Below are positions 9,969 through 21,109 of a stretch of 64,000 bases of DNA, piece by piece; position 1 is the first letter of the stretch, and every line of letters begins with the position of its first letter. The position numbers were made by a program, and so were the translations under genes. The notes beneath the pieces are model-generated. The model was not told the origin of the DNA. It did no database searches and saw nothing but the letters and a program-made list of their open reading frames with translations. Source of the DNA: Saccharolobus islandicus REY15A (GTDB lineage: Archaea; Thermoproteota; Thermoprotei_A; Sulfolobales; Sulfolobaceae); the NCBI RefSeq assembly GCF_000189555.1, contig NC_017276.1, one strand, 5' to 3'.

Positions 9969-10595
9969 TTATTGTTGATGAACAACATATATTGAATCCC
10001 AGAAGGACTTCTCGTAGTACTGAATAGTGTAAGCAATCCTTCTAAGTCTATCAACTTGGTAATCCTCAACTAATTTAACGATCCTATCCTCCAACTCCTT
10101 ATAAGAACCTCTGAATGCATCAAAGAATCCCGTCTCCCTAATCCCAAATCTCTCCTTTATCATATCCCCAAATCTAGTTACAACATTAGCCCATACTGGT
10201 AAATTCACAATTCCAGCAAATAGGAACTCTGAGGGTTTCGCGTAATTAGCTAACCAGGATAAATAGTGAGTGTAGCTTATAGCTTGAGGTGATACATTAT
10301 ATAGTAATGGGTCCTTTACCTCAATTCCCAACTCATTCATCAGTTTTACTAACTCCTTCAAAGCAGCATAATCTCCATCCACTAATATCTTAAATATATC
10401 GAGCTCCTCCATATTAGTACTCTTGGATAGACCTATTGCTAATGACCTTAAATCGTGGTTTACAATGTACCATTGGTTTATAACGAAACTATTAACTACC
10501 TCCTTTCTCAACACCTTCTCCTTTAATAAGGGGTGATTGATTATTTGCCCATTTAATCCTTCTAACTCTTTTCTTATCTGTTCTAGTATATTCAT
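9969..10595 (-). CDS. tenA: TenA/thiaminase II-like protein
   Basis: IINHP, FVINQWY, YYEKSFWD helical TenA pattern. Confidence 0.8.
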   Translation of the reverse strand: MNILEQIRKELEGLNGQIINHPLLKEKVLRKEVVNSFVINQWYIVNHDLRSLAIGLSKSTNMEELDIFKILVDGDYAALKELVKLMNELGIEVKDPLLYNVSPQAISYTHYLSWLANYAKPSEFLFAGIVNLPVWANVVTRFGDMIKERFGIRETGFFDAFRGSYKELEDRIVKLVEDYQVDRLRRIAYTIQYYEKSFWDSIYVVHQQ

Positions 10596-10716
10596 AACTA
10601 TAAATTACAAAGCTAGATTATAAATCATTTTATAAGTTGCTTATATCTAGCCATAATAAATTGCTCCTTCACAGCAGCTAGATAAATTTTTATGTTAGTT
10701 AGTTAACAAACAAGCA

Positions 10717-12813
10717 ATGAGAAGAATAGACGTATATGATCTATTAATAGGAAAGGGTAATTATGTAGATGATATATCATATAAGGGAAGATATGCAGTA
10801 TTTATCAGAAGTCCATACCCCCATGCGAGAATAGTTAATATCAATAAAGAAGATGCAGAAAGAAGAGGTGCACTAGTTCTAACTGGTAAAGATTTAGTAT
10901 CTAGAAGGGTTGAATCTGGCGAAAGAGAAGGAGCTAGTTTAACAATTCCATTGATGGCGATAAATAAGGCATTATACGTTGGTCAACCAGTAGCTTTAGT
11001 TATTGCAAACGATCCTTATGAAGCTACGGATTTAGCAGAATTAGTTCAAGTTGATTATGAACCGTTAGAAGGTATAGGAAGCATCGAAAAAGCACTACAG
11101 AACAAAGTAGTAGTATTCGAGGATTTGAAGACAAACGTAGTAAGAGAACAAACCTTTGAGTTTGGAAAGATTAATACGCAAGGTAGGCACTTAGAATTAG
11201 ATTTATATTGGTCTAGAAGTTCTGGAAATCCAATAGAACCTTATGGGGCAATTATAATTCCAACAGATGATGGATTGACCATAATTTCGAATCAGCAAGC
11301 AGGGAGCGTAGTATCCAATGAAATCCAGAAGGCATTAGGAGTTAAAGTAATCCATAAGAACGCTAGGCAAGGAGGAAGTTTTGGTGAGAAGTTCTCTCTA
11401 GTCAGATACTTAACAGTATTAGGCTTTGCAGCGTTAAAGTTTAATGTACCAATAAAGTGGATTGAAACTAGAACTGAGCATTTGATGGCATCAAACGGAA
11501 GTGGACCAGAAAGGAAATTCAAAATTCACGCCTATTATTCCTCTGATGGAAGAGTAAATAGTTTAGATATCCACATATGGGAAGATGTTGGTGCCTCTAG
11601 AGACGCTGGCCAACCCTTTAAACCTTTAGGGTTCTTAACGGGACCATATAAGATTGGAGGTATAAGATATACTGGAACCTTAGTTGCTACAAATAAGAAC
11701 CCAGCTGGGGCATTTAGAGGTGCTGGTACGCCGCCTCATACATGGGCACTGGAAAGAACAATGGATGCTATAGCTGATGATTTAGGTATTAGTAAGGCTG
11801 AAGTGAGAAAAATTAATGCAATAGATATCTTTCCCTATGATACTGGATTTGCGTACTACGATTCTGGAAATCCGAAAGGTTTACTAGATTTAGCATTATC
11901 AAGAAATGACATCTTTGCATTGAGGAATAAGAACACTGGAGTAGGCTTAGCATTATCAACTGATCCCAGTACGCCTTCTGGTAGTGAGAGAGTGAAAATT
12001 AAGGTTAAGAATAACAAAGTTGTAATCGGTTTGGGATTCGGTCCAGAGGGTCAAGGCAACGAGCATTCAGCAGTAGTAATGGCTTCAAGACTATTAGGAA
12101 TAAGCCCAGATGACGTTACATATGAGATTCTAGATAACACTGAATTACCAACATCCTTTGGACCTGGAGGAAGTAGAATGGCGATTTACACTTTTGGAGC
12201 AGTTTCTGGAGCGGTAGAAGAGTTAAAGGCTAGATTGAGGAGGAAGGCTGAAGTTATCCTAAACGATAAGGTCGTTGACTATAGGGATGGGTACTTTATA
12301 GGAGAAAATGGAGGAAAAGTTAGAATTACGTCACTTGAGGGAGAAGAGGTTGACTTCACTTACACATTGCAAGGTAAGTATAGATTCAATGCCTATCCAT
12401 TCGCCTGTGATTTGGCAGTAGTTAGAATTGAGGACGGTAAGATAAAGCCAATAAAACACGTGGTTTACATTGACCCTGGAACTCCAATAGATGAGGATTT
12501 AGTAAAGGAACAAGTAATAGGAGGTACTGCAATTGGAATTTCTCTCGCGCTATACGAACGTTACGCATACGATGATAACGCTAACTTATTAACAACCAAC
12601 TTAGCGGACTACGGAATGCCAACAGCTGCTGATTTACCAGAGATAGAGGTTAACATAGTTCCAACTCCTTCTCCCTCAACTCCTTATGGAGCTAAGGGAA
12701 TAGGGGAAATTCCGGTTGGAATAGCTGCAGCTGCAGTCACTAGCGCTATTGAAGACGTTATAAAGAGAAGGATAAATAGAGTTCCAGTAAGCCTAGAAGG
12801 CCTTTTTGAATAA
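10717..12813 (+). CDS. Xanthine dehydrogenase/CoxL-like molybdopterin-binding large subunit
   Basis: RSPYPHARI, GGSFGEK, AFRGAG, GPGGSR, GAKGIGE motifs. Confidence 0.9.
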   Translation: MRRIDVYDLLIGKGNYVDDISYKGRYAVFIRSPYPHARIVNINKEDAERRGALVLTGKDLVSRRVESGEREGASLTIPLMAINKALYVGQPVALVIANDPYEATDLAELVQVDYEPLEGIGSIEKALQNKVVVFEDLKTNVVREQTFEFGKINTQGRHLELDLYWSRSSGNPIEPYGAIIIPTDDGLTIISNQQAGSVVSNEIQKALGVKVIHKNARQGGSFGEKFSLVRYLTVLGFAALKFNVPIKWIETRTEHLMASNGSGPERKFKIHAYYSSDGRVNSLDIHIWEDVGASRDAGQPFKPLGFLTGPYKIGGIRYTGTLVATNKNPAGAFRGAGTPPHTWALERTMDAIADDLGISKAEVRKINAIDIFPYDTGFAYYDSGNPKGLLDLALSRNDIFALRNKNTGVGLALSTDPSTPSGSERVKIKVKNNKVVIGLGFGPEGQGNEHSAVVMASRLLGISPDDVTYEILDNTELPTSFGPGGSRMAIYTFGAVSGAVEELKARLRRKAEVILNDKVVDYRDGYFIGENGGKVRITSLEGEEVDFTYTLQGKYRFNAYPFACDLAVVRIEDGKIKPIKHVVYIDPGTPIDEDLVKEQVIGGTAIGISLALYERYAYDDNANLLTTNLADYGMPTAADLPEIEVNIVPTPSPSTPYGAKGIGEIPVGIAAAAVTSAIEDVIKRRINRVPVSLEGLFE

Positions 12814-12862
12814 GTGCTTTAATTCATTTAAATTTATTTTTGAAACACGAAGAGGTAAACCT

Positions 12863-13348
12863 ATGAATGTAATTTTCGATGTATTAAACGAGATCCATGG
12901 GTTTTTTGGTGCACTGTGGGCAGGAGCAGCACTACTTAACTTCTTAATTAGACCTCAGGAAAAGAGGCAATTTGAGAGGATAGGGAAATTCTTTCTGATA
13001 ACGTCAATTATTACAATAATAACTGGGATAGTAATTTTTGCCTATATTTACCTAGCCCCTTATCAAGGTAATCTATTCCTAGTCGCTGCAATTCTACGTT
13101 CAAGTTTAGATATTAGGATAAGGGTCTTCCTAAACTTAGTAGGAGGAGCTTTTGGGTTATTGGCGTTTGGGGCAGGGATTGTTATAAGCAATAGGATAAG
13201 ACTTATGATACGTTTTAAGGAGGGAGATGCCAGGGTATTGGAATTAAGAAAGAGCGTAAGCAACTTATCTAAAATAAGCTTGATCTTCTTACTCCTCTCA
13301 TTGGCAATGATGATACTAGCTGGTTCAATAGCACAAGTTATAACTTAG
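12863..13348 (+). CDS. Integral membrane protein (about 4 TM)
   Basis: Likely start ATG 12863 ([13 protein letters not shown]); hydrophobic helices. Confidence 0.75.
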   Translation: MNVIFDVLNEIHGFFGALWAGAALLNFLIRPQEKRQFERIGKFFLITSIITIITGIVIFAYIYLAPYQGNLFLVAAILRSSLDIRIRVFLNLVGGAFGLLAFGAGIVISNRIRLMIRFKEGDARVLELRKSVSNLSKISLIFLLLSLAMMILAGSIAQVIT

Positions 13349-13367
13349 AAAGGAAGAAATTCATATT

Positions 13368-15053
13368 ATGGCATTTGGTTATAGATTAGATAGGAACGGA
13401 GTAACCTTTAATTTATGGGCTCCCTATCAAAGAAACGTTAAGTTAAAGATACTAAATAAGGGAATTTATGAGATGGAAAGAGATGAGAAGGGATACTTCA
13501 CCATTACGTTAAATAACGTGAAAGTTGGTGATAGATATAAGTATATTTTAGATGACGGTAGTGAAGTGCCAGATCCGGCTTCAAGGTATCAGCCAGAGGG
13601 AGTTCATGGCCATTCTGAAATTATTTCACTAGATTTTAAAGGGGATGATGAGAACGGTGTAAAGGTAAAAAGGGAAGATCTTATAATTTATGAACTTCAT
13701 ACAAGTACATTTACATCAGAAGGTACTTTTGAAGGAGTGATAAAGAAGCTGGACTACTTAAAAGAACTTGGAGTAACTGCAATAGAAATAATGCCTATTG
13801 CACAGTTTCCAGGGAAAAAGGACTGGGGTTATGATGGAGTTTACTTGTACGCTGTACAGAACTCTTATGGAGGACCAATTGGGTTTAGAAATCTAGTAAA
13901 TGAGGCTCATAAACTCGGATTAGCGATAATATTAGACGTAGTTTATAACCACGTTGGGCCCGAAGGGAATTACATGGCCAAGTTAGGGCCCTATTTCTCA
14001 GAGAAATATAAAACACCTTGGGGTTTAGCATTTAATTTTGACGATGCTGGAAGTGATGAAGTTAGAAAGTTCATACTAGAAAATGTTGAATATTGGATAA
14101 ATGAGTTTCACGTTGATGGATTCAGACTTGATGCTGTTCACGCTATTATTGACAATTCTCCAAAACACATCTTAGAGGATATTGCTGATGTAGTCCACAA
14201 ATATGGCAAGATTGTAATAACTGAGAGTGATTTAAATGATCCTAGAGTTGTTAATCCTAAGGAGAAATGTGGATATAATACTGATGCCCAGTGGGTAGAT
14301 GATTTCCATCATGCAATCCATGCATTCTTAACTGGTGAGAGGCAAGGTTATTACAGTGATTTCGGTAGTCTAGATGACATAGTTAAATCATATAAAGAAG
14401 TCTTCGTATATGATGGAAAGTACTCGAATTTTAGAAGAAAAACTCACGGAAAACCGGTTGGTGATCTAGATGGTTGTAAGTTCGTAGTTTACATTCAAAA
14501 TCACGATCAAGTTGGCAATAGGGGTGGAGGAGAGAGATTAATTAAACTAGTTGATAAGGAGAGTTATAAGATTGCTGTAGCACTCTACATGCTTTCACCA
14601 TATATTCCGATGATCTTTATGGGAGAGGAATACGGTGAGGAAAATCCGTTTTACTACTTTTCCGACTTTTCTGATCCTAAACTAATACAAGGGGTCAGGG
14701 AGGGTAGAAAAAGAGATAATGGTCAAGAGACTGATCCACAGTCGGACTCCACATTTAATGCCTCTAAATTAAGCTGGAAGGTAAATGATGACATTCTTTC
14801 ATTTTACAAGACTTTAATAAAAATAAGGAGAGAATACGGACTAGCTTGTAATAGGAAATTGACCGTTGAAAATGGCAATCATTGGTTAACCGTGAAAGGA
14901 AATGGATATTTAGTAGTTTACGTGTTTTCCCAATCGATAATTGAAATGAAATATAGGGGGACTCTAGTTCTATCCTCCAATAACTCTTTCCCATCACAAA
15001 TTGCAGAGAATAAGTACGAATTAGAAAAGGGATTTGCTTTATATAAACTTTAG
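13368..15053 (+). CDS. treZ: Maltooligosyltrehalose trehalohydrolase (GH13)
   Basis: [29 protein letters not shown]. Confidence 0.97.
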   Translation: MAFGYRLDRNGVTFNLWAPYQRNVKLKILNKGIYEMERDEKGYFTITLNNVKVGDRYKYILDDGSEVPDPASRYQPEGVHGHSEIISLDFKGDDENGVKVKREDLIIYELHTSTFTSEGTFEGVIKKLDYLKELGVTAIEIMPIAQFPGKKDWGYDGVYLYAVQNSYGGPIGFRNLVNEAHKLGLAIILDVVYNHVGPEGNYMAKLGPYFSEKYKTPWGLAFNFDDAGSDEVRKFILENVEYWINEFHVDGFRLDAVHAIIDNSPKHILEDIADVVHKYGKIVITESDLNDPRVVNPKEKCGYNTDAQWVDDFHHAIHAFLTGERQGYYSDFGSLDDIVKSYKEVFVYDGKYSNFRRKTHGKPVGDLDGCKFVVYIQNHDQVGNRGGGERLIKLVDKESYKIAVALYMLSPYIPMIFMGEEYGEENPFYYFSDFSDPKLIQGVREGRKRDNGQETDPQSDSTFNASKLSWKVNDDILSFYKTLIKIRREYGLACNRKLTVENGNHWLTVKGNGYLVVYVFSQSIIEMKYRGTLVLSSNNSFPSQIAENKYELEKGFALYKL

Positions 15054-15844
15054 GACAAGAGAGTTTAAAAATTCCTATAAATGATTATACTTTAGATGAT
15101 AGGTAAAAACAAAATTGATGAGGAAGAGAGAAGGAGAAGAGAAGAAGTTAAAAGGTTAGTAATACTCTTAGCAATGTTAAGATAAAGGTTTTTTAAACTC
15201 AAATAATAATAATAAATATCATTATGTCAGTATTCTTCAGAACTAGGGATAGACCTCTACGTCCTGGAGATCCATATCCATTAGGTTCAAATTGGATAGA
15301 AGATGAGGATGGAGTAAATTTTTCCTTATTCTCAGAGAATGCAGAAAAAGTTGAATTACTCCTTTATTCACAAACAAATCAAAAGTATCCAAAGGAGATA
15401 ATAGAGGTTAAAAACAGAACGGGAGATCTTTGGCATATATTAGTCCCAGGGCTGAGACCCGGGCAACTTTACGCATACAAGGTTTATGGTCCGTATAAAC
15501 CGGCGTTAGGATTGAGATTTAATCCTAATAAGGTTTTAACTTAATTAGGGGTTAAGGGGGCGAAAGTCCCCTTCCGTAAGGTAGGGGATGAATAGCCCCC
15601 TTATAGAAACCTTTTTATTGCAAAAAATAGATAATTCTTAGGCCTCGGCTGTAAGAGCTGGGCCGTACCCTTGGGACTGGGGGAACTTACGCCTGTGGAG
15701 AGCAACCCTCCGTAACCCCTCTTCCACACGGGGCATTACAGAACGGTTCCGTTCGATGGAACCTCCGCTGTGGGTGAAGGGGGATCGAGGTTGCTCTGAG
15801 AAGCAGGAAATCCCCATCGTGAGGTGGAGATGCCCTGTCCGTAA

Positions 15845-17065
15845 CGGTAGACCCAAAATCACCTCCTTAAAAATAAATCTATAGTATAAATAAGCGTTTC
15901 AATTACATTAAATGTAAAATTCTCTGGATTGAATAAATCAGGAAATAAAAGAATTAATAATAATCTAAACTCCTCTCTCCCCACCTCCCCCTTGAATATG
16001 GTATATAAGGAGTAGAGTACAAGGGCCAGCACGAAGATCAACGTGCGGAAAACAAACTTAGTAGAACTAGTAAATGGAAGAAAAGCCTTAATGTTCCTAT
16101 AAGAGGTCTCTATGGGACCTCTTACCTTATTGTACAAATCCAACACTTCCCTCTTGGATAGGTCTAGGTTAGTAGCCCTAGCGAAGTAAACAAGACTCTT
16201 CTTCTTTCTCCCCACTTTTTCCTTGCTGTACACGAGAAGCCTGAACTTGACCTGCTCATCCCTCCTACGCCTCTTACTATTAGTTGTGTAATCCCCGTCA
16301 AACTCCTCGTACACCTTCACGTCCCCAACCGGAACAGCAATTATGTACTTAAACTGTGAAATGAAGTTGAGCACGTCAACAGTATAGAAACCAGCGTCAA
16401 GAGTTATCAACCTTATCTTGAATCCCATTGCCATTACTTGTTCAACAAGAGCCTTCACTATCTCGTCCTTAGTCATACCGTTCACTTGCGGAATAAAGGC
16501 AAGTAAAAGCACTTTCCCCTTATACTTGGTTGTTGCAGTTGCGTAGTTCCACGAGTTTCCTTTTTCAGAGCTCCCGAGCCCTTTCACTGGTTTCCCATAC
16601 CACGTCTTGGTTGTCCAGTCTATTGAGAGATCTATCTCATTCACTCCCTTTAATATCTCCAAGGATATTTTCCTAGCTCTTTCCAATAGCTTTTCAGTCA
16701 CTTCCATCCCTTGTTTATCTACGTAATTCCTCACGGTCTGTGGGGATACGTCATACGCTCTGGACTTGTTCTCTACTGAATCGTTCCACAAACACGCGGA
16801 GATGAGAGTTTTCGCTACCTCCTCTACCTTTTCCCCTTGGAAGTTCAACATGGAAAGTAATTTATATCCTATTTGTTGAATATTATTTTGGTGAGGGAGA
16901 CTTGGTGTTACCATCTTCCTATGTCACGTGGTAATACTCCATCTCCCTCACCTTAAACCCTTTCTTCAATTGAATTCTTTATACTCTTATAAATTTCTTT
17001 ATCTTTTATAAATTCGATATTATCCTACCAGAAATATTTTTTCTAATATGATTTTGGGTCTACCG
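15845..17065 (-). mobile_element. ISH3-family IS (ISC1225/ISC1200-like), 1221 bp
   Basis: 17-bp TIRs CGGTAGACCCAAAATCA; GTAA TSD at 15841-15844 and 17066-17069. Confidence 0.92.
15859..16914 (-). CDS. ISH3-family DDE transposase, intact
   Basis: 351 aa; IDWT, TLDAGF and IETSYR catalytic motifs. Confidence 0.92.
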   Translation of the reverse strand: MVTPSLPHQNNIQQIGYKLLSMLNFQGEKVEEVAKTLISACLWNDSVENKSRAYDVSPQTVRNYVDKQGMEVTEKLLERARKISLEILKGVNEIDLSIDWTTKTWYGKPVKGLGSSEKGNSWNYATATTKYKGKVLLLAFIPQVNGMTKDEIVKALVEQVMAMGFKIRLITLDAGFYTVDVLNFISQFKYIIAVPVGDVKVYEEFDGDYTTNSKRRRRDEQVKFRLLVYSKEKVGRKKKSLVYFARATNLDLSKREVLDLYNKVRGPIETSYRNIKAFLPFTSSTKFVFRTLIFVLALVLYSLYTIFKGEVGREEFRLLLILLFPDLFNPENFTFNVIETLIYTIDLFLRR

Positions 17066-18922
17066 GTAAGGGCGGGGTAGTTCACTAGACCCTTACGCCA
17101 AAGCCATAAATGGTAATGTGATTTGGAACGATGGAGTATTTGGTTATAAGATAGGAGACCAAAATCAAGATTTAAGCTATGACGAAAGGGATTCCAGCGA
17201 ATATGTACCTAAAAGTGTTGTGATTAACCCATACTTTGAATGGGACGATGAGGATTTCATTAAGAGGAATAAGGTTCCATTAAAGGATACAGTAATTTAT
17301 GAAGTTCACGTAAAAGGATTTACAAAACTTAGATTGGATTTGCCAGAAAACATAAGGGGATCTTATGAAGGTTTAGCCTCAGAACAAATGATTAGCTATC
17401 TCAAAGATTTAGGGATTACTACTGTAGAATTAATGCCGGTTTTTCACTTCATTGATCAAAGATTTCTGATAGATAAGGGGCTAACAAATTACTGGGGATA
17501 TGACCCAATAAACTTCTTCTCCCCGGAATGTAGATATTCCAGTAGCGGCTGTTTAGGAGAACAAGTATTCAGTTTCAAGAAAATGGTAAACGAATTGCAT
17601 AATGCAGGAATCGAGGTTATAATTGATGTAGTTTATAATCATACTGCTGAGGGAAATCATTTAGGACCAACGTTAAGTTTCAGAGGTATTGATAATATAG
17701 CATATTATATGCTCCAACCAGACAATAAAAGATATTATTTAGACTTTACCGGAACTGGTAACACGTTAAATCTTAGCCATCCAAGAGTTATCCAGATGGT
17801 CCTAGATAGCTTAAGATATTGGGTTACGGATATGCACGTAGATGGTTTTAGATTTGACTTAGCAGCCGCTTTAGCTAGGGAATTGTACAGCGTTAATATG
17901 TTAAATACGTTCTTCATTGCATTACAGCAAGATCCAATATTGTCACGAGTAAAACTAATAGCTGAACCGTGGGATGTAGGACAAGGAGGATATCAAGTTG
18001 GGAATTTCCCACATCAATGGGCAGAATGGAATGGAAAATATAGGGATTCTATAAGGAGATTTTGGAGAGGAGAAGCGTTACCCTATAGCGAGATTGCTAA
18101 CAGGCTATTAGGTTCACCAGACATCTACTTAGGTAATAATAAAACGCCATTTGCCAGTATAAACTACGTAACTTCGCACGATGGTTTCACATTAGAAGAT
18201 TTAGTTAGTTATAATCAAAAACACAATGAGGCGAATGGATTTAACAATCAAGATGGAATGAACGAGAACTACAGTTGGAATTGTGGTGCAGAAGGAACTA
18301 TAAATGACCAAAACGTAATTATGTGCAGAGAGAAACAGAAAAGGAACTTCATGATAACGTTACTTATTAGCCAAGGAACTCCCATGATATTAGGAGGAGA
18401 TGAGTTAAGTAGGACACAAAGAGGAAATAATAACGCGTTTTGCCAAGACAATGAGATAACTTGGTTTGATTGGAATTTAGATGAGAGAAAATCAAAATTT
18501 TTAGAGTTTGTTAAAAAAATGATCCAATTTTATAAAGCGCATCCGGTATTCAGAAGGGAAAGATATTTTCAAGGAAAGAAATTATTCGGCATGCCATTAA
18601 AAGATGTAACATTTTACACTCCAGACGGTAAGGAGGTTGATGAGAAAACGTGGAATTCCCCAACGCAAACTGTTATCTTCGTGTTAGAGGGGAGCGTAAT
18701 GGATGAGATTAACATCTACGGAGAGAGAATTGCAGATGATTCATTCTTAATAATACTTAACGCAAATCCCAATAACGTAAAAGTGAAGTTTCAAAAAGGT
18801 AAATGGGAACTAGTTGTTTGTTCTTATTTAAGAGAGATAAAACCAGAAGAAAGAATTGTAGAAGGCGAGAAGGAATTAGAAATTGAGGGAAGAACTGCAT
18901 TAGTTTATAGGAGGATAGAACT

Positions 18923-21109
18923 ATGATAACAGGCACATATAGGCTGCAACTAAATAATGGATTCACTTTTTATGATGTAATAGAAAATTTGGATTACTTT
19001 AAGGAATTAGGAGTATCACACCTATACCTATCTCCAATACTTAAGGCTAGACCAAGGAGTACTCACGGTTACGATGTAGTAGATCATAGTGAAATTAATG
19101 AGGAATTAGGAGGAGAAGAGGGATATTTTAGACTAGTTAAGGAGGCTAAGAGTAGAGGTTTAGGAATTATACAAGATATAGTGCCAAATCACATGGCAGT
19201 ACATCATACTAATTGGAGGCTTATGGATCTGTTAAAGAGTTGGAAGAATAGTAAATATTATAACTATTTTGATCACTATGATGAAGATAAAATTGTCCTT
19301 CCAATTCTTGAGGACGAGTTAGATATCATTATAGATAAGGAATTGATAAAAGTACAGAAGGACAAAATAGAGTATAGAGGACTTATATTACCGATAAACG
19401 ATGAAGGAGTTGAGTTCTTGAAAAGAATTAATTGCTTTGACAATTTATGTTTAAAGAAAGAGGACATAAAGAGATTACTATTAATGCAATATTATCAGCT
19501 AACTTACTGGAAGAAAGGTTATCCAAATTATAGGAGATTTTTCGCAGTAAATGATTTGATAGCTGTTAGGGTAGAATTGGATGAAGTATTTAGAGAGTCC
19601 CATGAGATAATTGGCAAGCTACTTGTTGACGGTTTAAGAATTGACCACATAGATGGACTATATGACCCTAAAGAGTATTTGGATAAGCTAAGACAGTTAG
19701 TAGGAAATAACAAGATAATATACGTAGAGAAGATATTGTCAATCAACGAGAAATTAAGAGATGATTGGAAAGTAGATGGTACTACTGGATATGATTTCTT
19801 GAACTACGTTAATATGCTATTAGTAGATGGAAATAGTGAAGAGGAGTTAACTGAGTTTTATGAGAGTTTCATTGGAAGAGAAATCAATATAGATGAGTTG
19901 ATAACGCAAAGTAAAAGATTAGTCGCAAATCAGTTGTTTAAAGGCGACATTGAAAGGTTAAGCAAGTTACTAAACGTCGATTATGAATATCTGGTAGATT
20001 TTCTAGCATGTATAAAAAAGTATAGGACATATTTACCATATGAGGATATTAGCACGATAAAGCAATGCGATAAGGAGGGAAGGTTAAGGGATGAAAGGGG
20101 AATCATGAGACTCCAACAATACATGCCAGCAATCTTCGCTAAGGGCTATGAGGATACTACCCTCTTCATCTACAATAGGTTAATCTCACTAAACGAGGTG
20201 GGGAGTGACCTAAGAAGATTCAGTATAAGCATTGAAGACTTTCATAACTTTAACCTAAGCAGAGTAAATAGCATATCAATGAATACTCTTTCCACTCATG
20301 ATACTAAATTCAGTGAAGACGTTAGAGCTAGAATATCAGTACTATCTGAGATACCAAAGGAGTGGGAGGAGAGGGTAGTATATTGGCATGATTTGTTAAA
20401 ACCAAATATTGATAAAAACGATGAGTATAGATTTTATCAAACACTTGTGGGAAGTTATGAGGGATTTGACAATAAGGAGAGAATTAAGAACCACATCATT
20501 AAGGTCATAAGAGAAGCTAAGGTACATACAACATGGGAAAATCCAAATTCAGAGTATGAAAATAAAGTTTTGGACTTCATAGATGGTGCATTTGAGAGCA
20601 GTAGTTTTAGGAATGATTTTGAAAATTTTGAAAAGAGAATAGTTTATTTCGGTTATATGAAATCATTAGTTGCAACGACACTTAAGTTCCTTTCGCCAGG
20701 CATACCAGATATTTATCAAGGAACTGAAGTTTGGAGATTCTTACTTACAGACCCAGATAACAGAATGCCGGTGAATTTCAAGAAACTAAGGGAATTATTA
20801 AATAGTTTGACTGAAAAGAACTTAGAACTTTCAGATCCAAGAGTCAAAATGTTGTATGTTAAGAAACTGCTACAGCTTAGGAGAGAGTACTTACTAAACG
20901 ATTATAAACCATTACCCTTTGGCTTCCAAAGGGGAAAAGTAACTGTTCTTTTCTCACCAATAGTAACTAGGGAGATTAAAGAGAAGATTAATATAAGGCA
21001 AAAAAGCGTGGATTGGATCAGAAATGAGGAAATTAGTAGTGGAGAGTACAATTTGAGTGAGTTAATTGGGGAGCATAAAGTTGTTATATTAACTGAAAAA
21101 AGTGGTTAA
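18923..21109 (+). CDS. treY: Maltooligosyltrehalose synthase (GH13)
   Basis: TYRLQ, STHGYDV, DIVPNHM, GLRIDHIDG, STHDTK; ATG overlaps the treX stop. Confidence 0.97.
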   Translation: MITGTYRLQLNNGFTFYDVIENLDYFKELGVSHLYLSPILKARPRSTHGYDVVDHSEINEELGGEEGYFRLVKEAKSRGLGIIQDIVPNHMAVHHTNWRLMDLLKSWKNSKYYNYFDHYDEDKIVLPILEDELDIIIDKELIKVQKDKIEYRGLILPINDEGVEFLKRINCFDNLCLKKEDIKRLLLMQYYQLTYWKKGYPNYRRFFAVNDLIAVRVELDEVFRESHEIIGKLLVDGLRIDHIDGLYDPKEYLDKLRQLVGNNKIIYVEKILSINEKLRDDWKVDGTTGYDFLNYVNMLLVDGNSEEELTEFYESFIGREINIDELITQSKRLVANQLFKGDIERLSKLLNVDYEYLVDFLACIKKYRTYLPYEDISTIKQCDKEGRLRDERGIMRLQQYMPAIFAKGYEDTTLFIYNRLISLNEVGSDLRRFSISIEDFHNFNLSRVNSISMNTLSTHDTKFSEDVRARISVLSEIPKEWEERVVYWHDLLKPNIDKNDEYRFYQTLVGSYEGFDNKERIKNHIIKVIREAKVHTTWENPNSEYENKVLDFIDGAFESSSFRNDFENFEKRIVYFGYMKSLVATTLKFLSPGIPDIYQGTEVWRFLLTDPDNRMPVNFKKLRELLNSLTEKNLELSDPRVKMLYVKKLLQLRREYLLNDYKPLPFGFQRGKVTVLFSPIVTREIKEKINIRQKSVDWIRNEEISSGEYNLSELIGEHKVVILTEKSG

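Larger units (their letters stand above)
15540..17085 (+). mobile_element. SMN1-type IS200/IS605 MITE (321 bp once the ISH3 is removed)
   Basis: Follows TTTAA (15535-15539), ends TTCAC; matches 33087-33407; 1546 minus 1221 minus 4 = 321. Confidence 0.92.
15224..18926 (+). pseudogene. treX: Glycogen debranching enzyme TreX interrupted by SMN1::ISH3
   Basis: Joining 15539 to 17086 restores NKVL-I-DPYAKAING; downstream NYWGYDP, GFRFDLA, TSHDGFTL. Confidence 0.95.

Noticed and set aside
15638-15862. 74-aa ORF on the minus strand
   Set aside because: Antisense reading of the SMN1 MITE interior
17118-18926. 602-aa ORF as a stand-alone intact gene
   Set aside because: It is the 3' part of interrupted treX; the GTG start is internal and the N-terminal domain is missing
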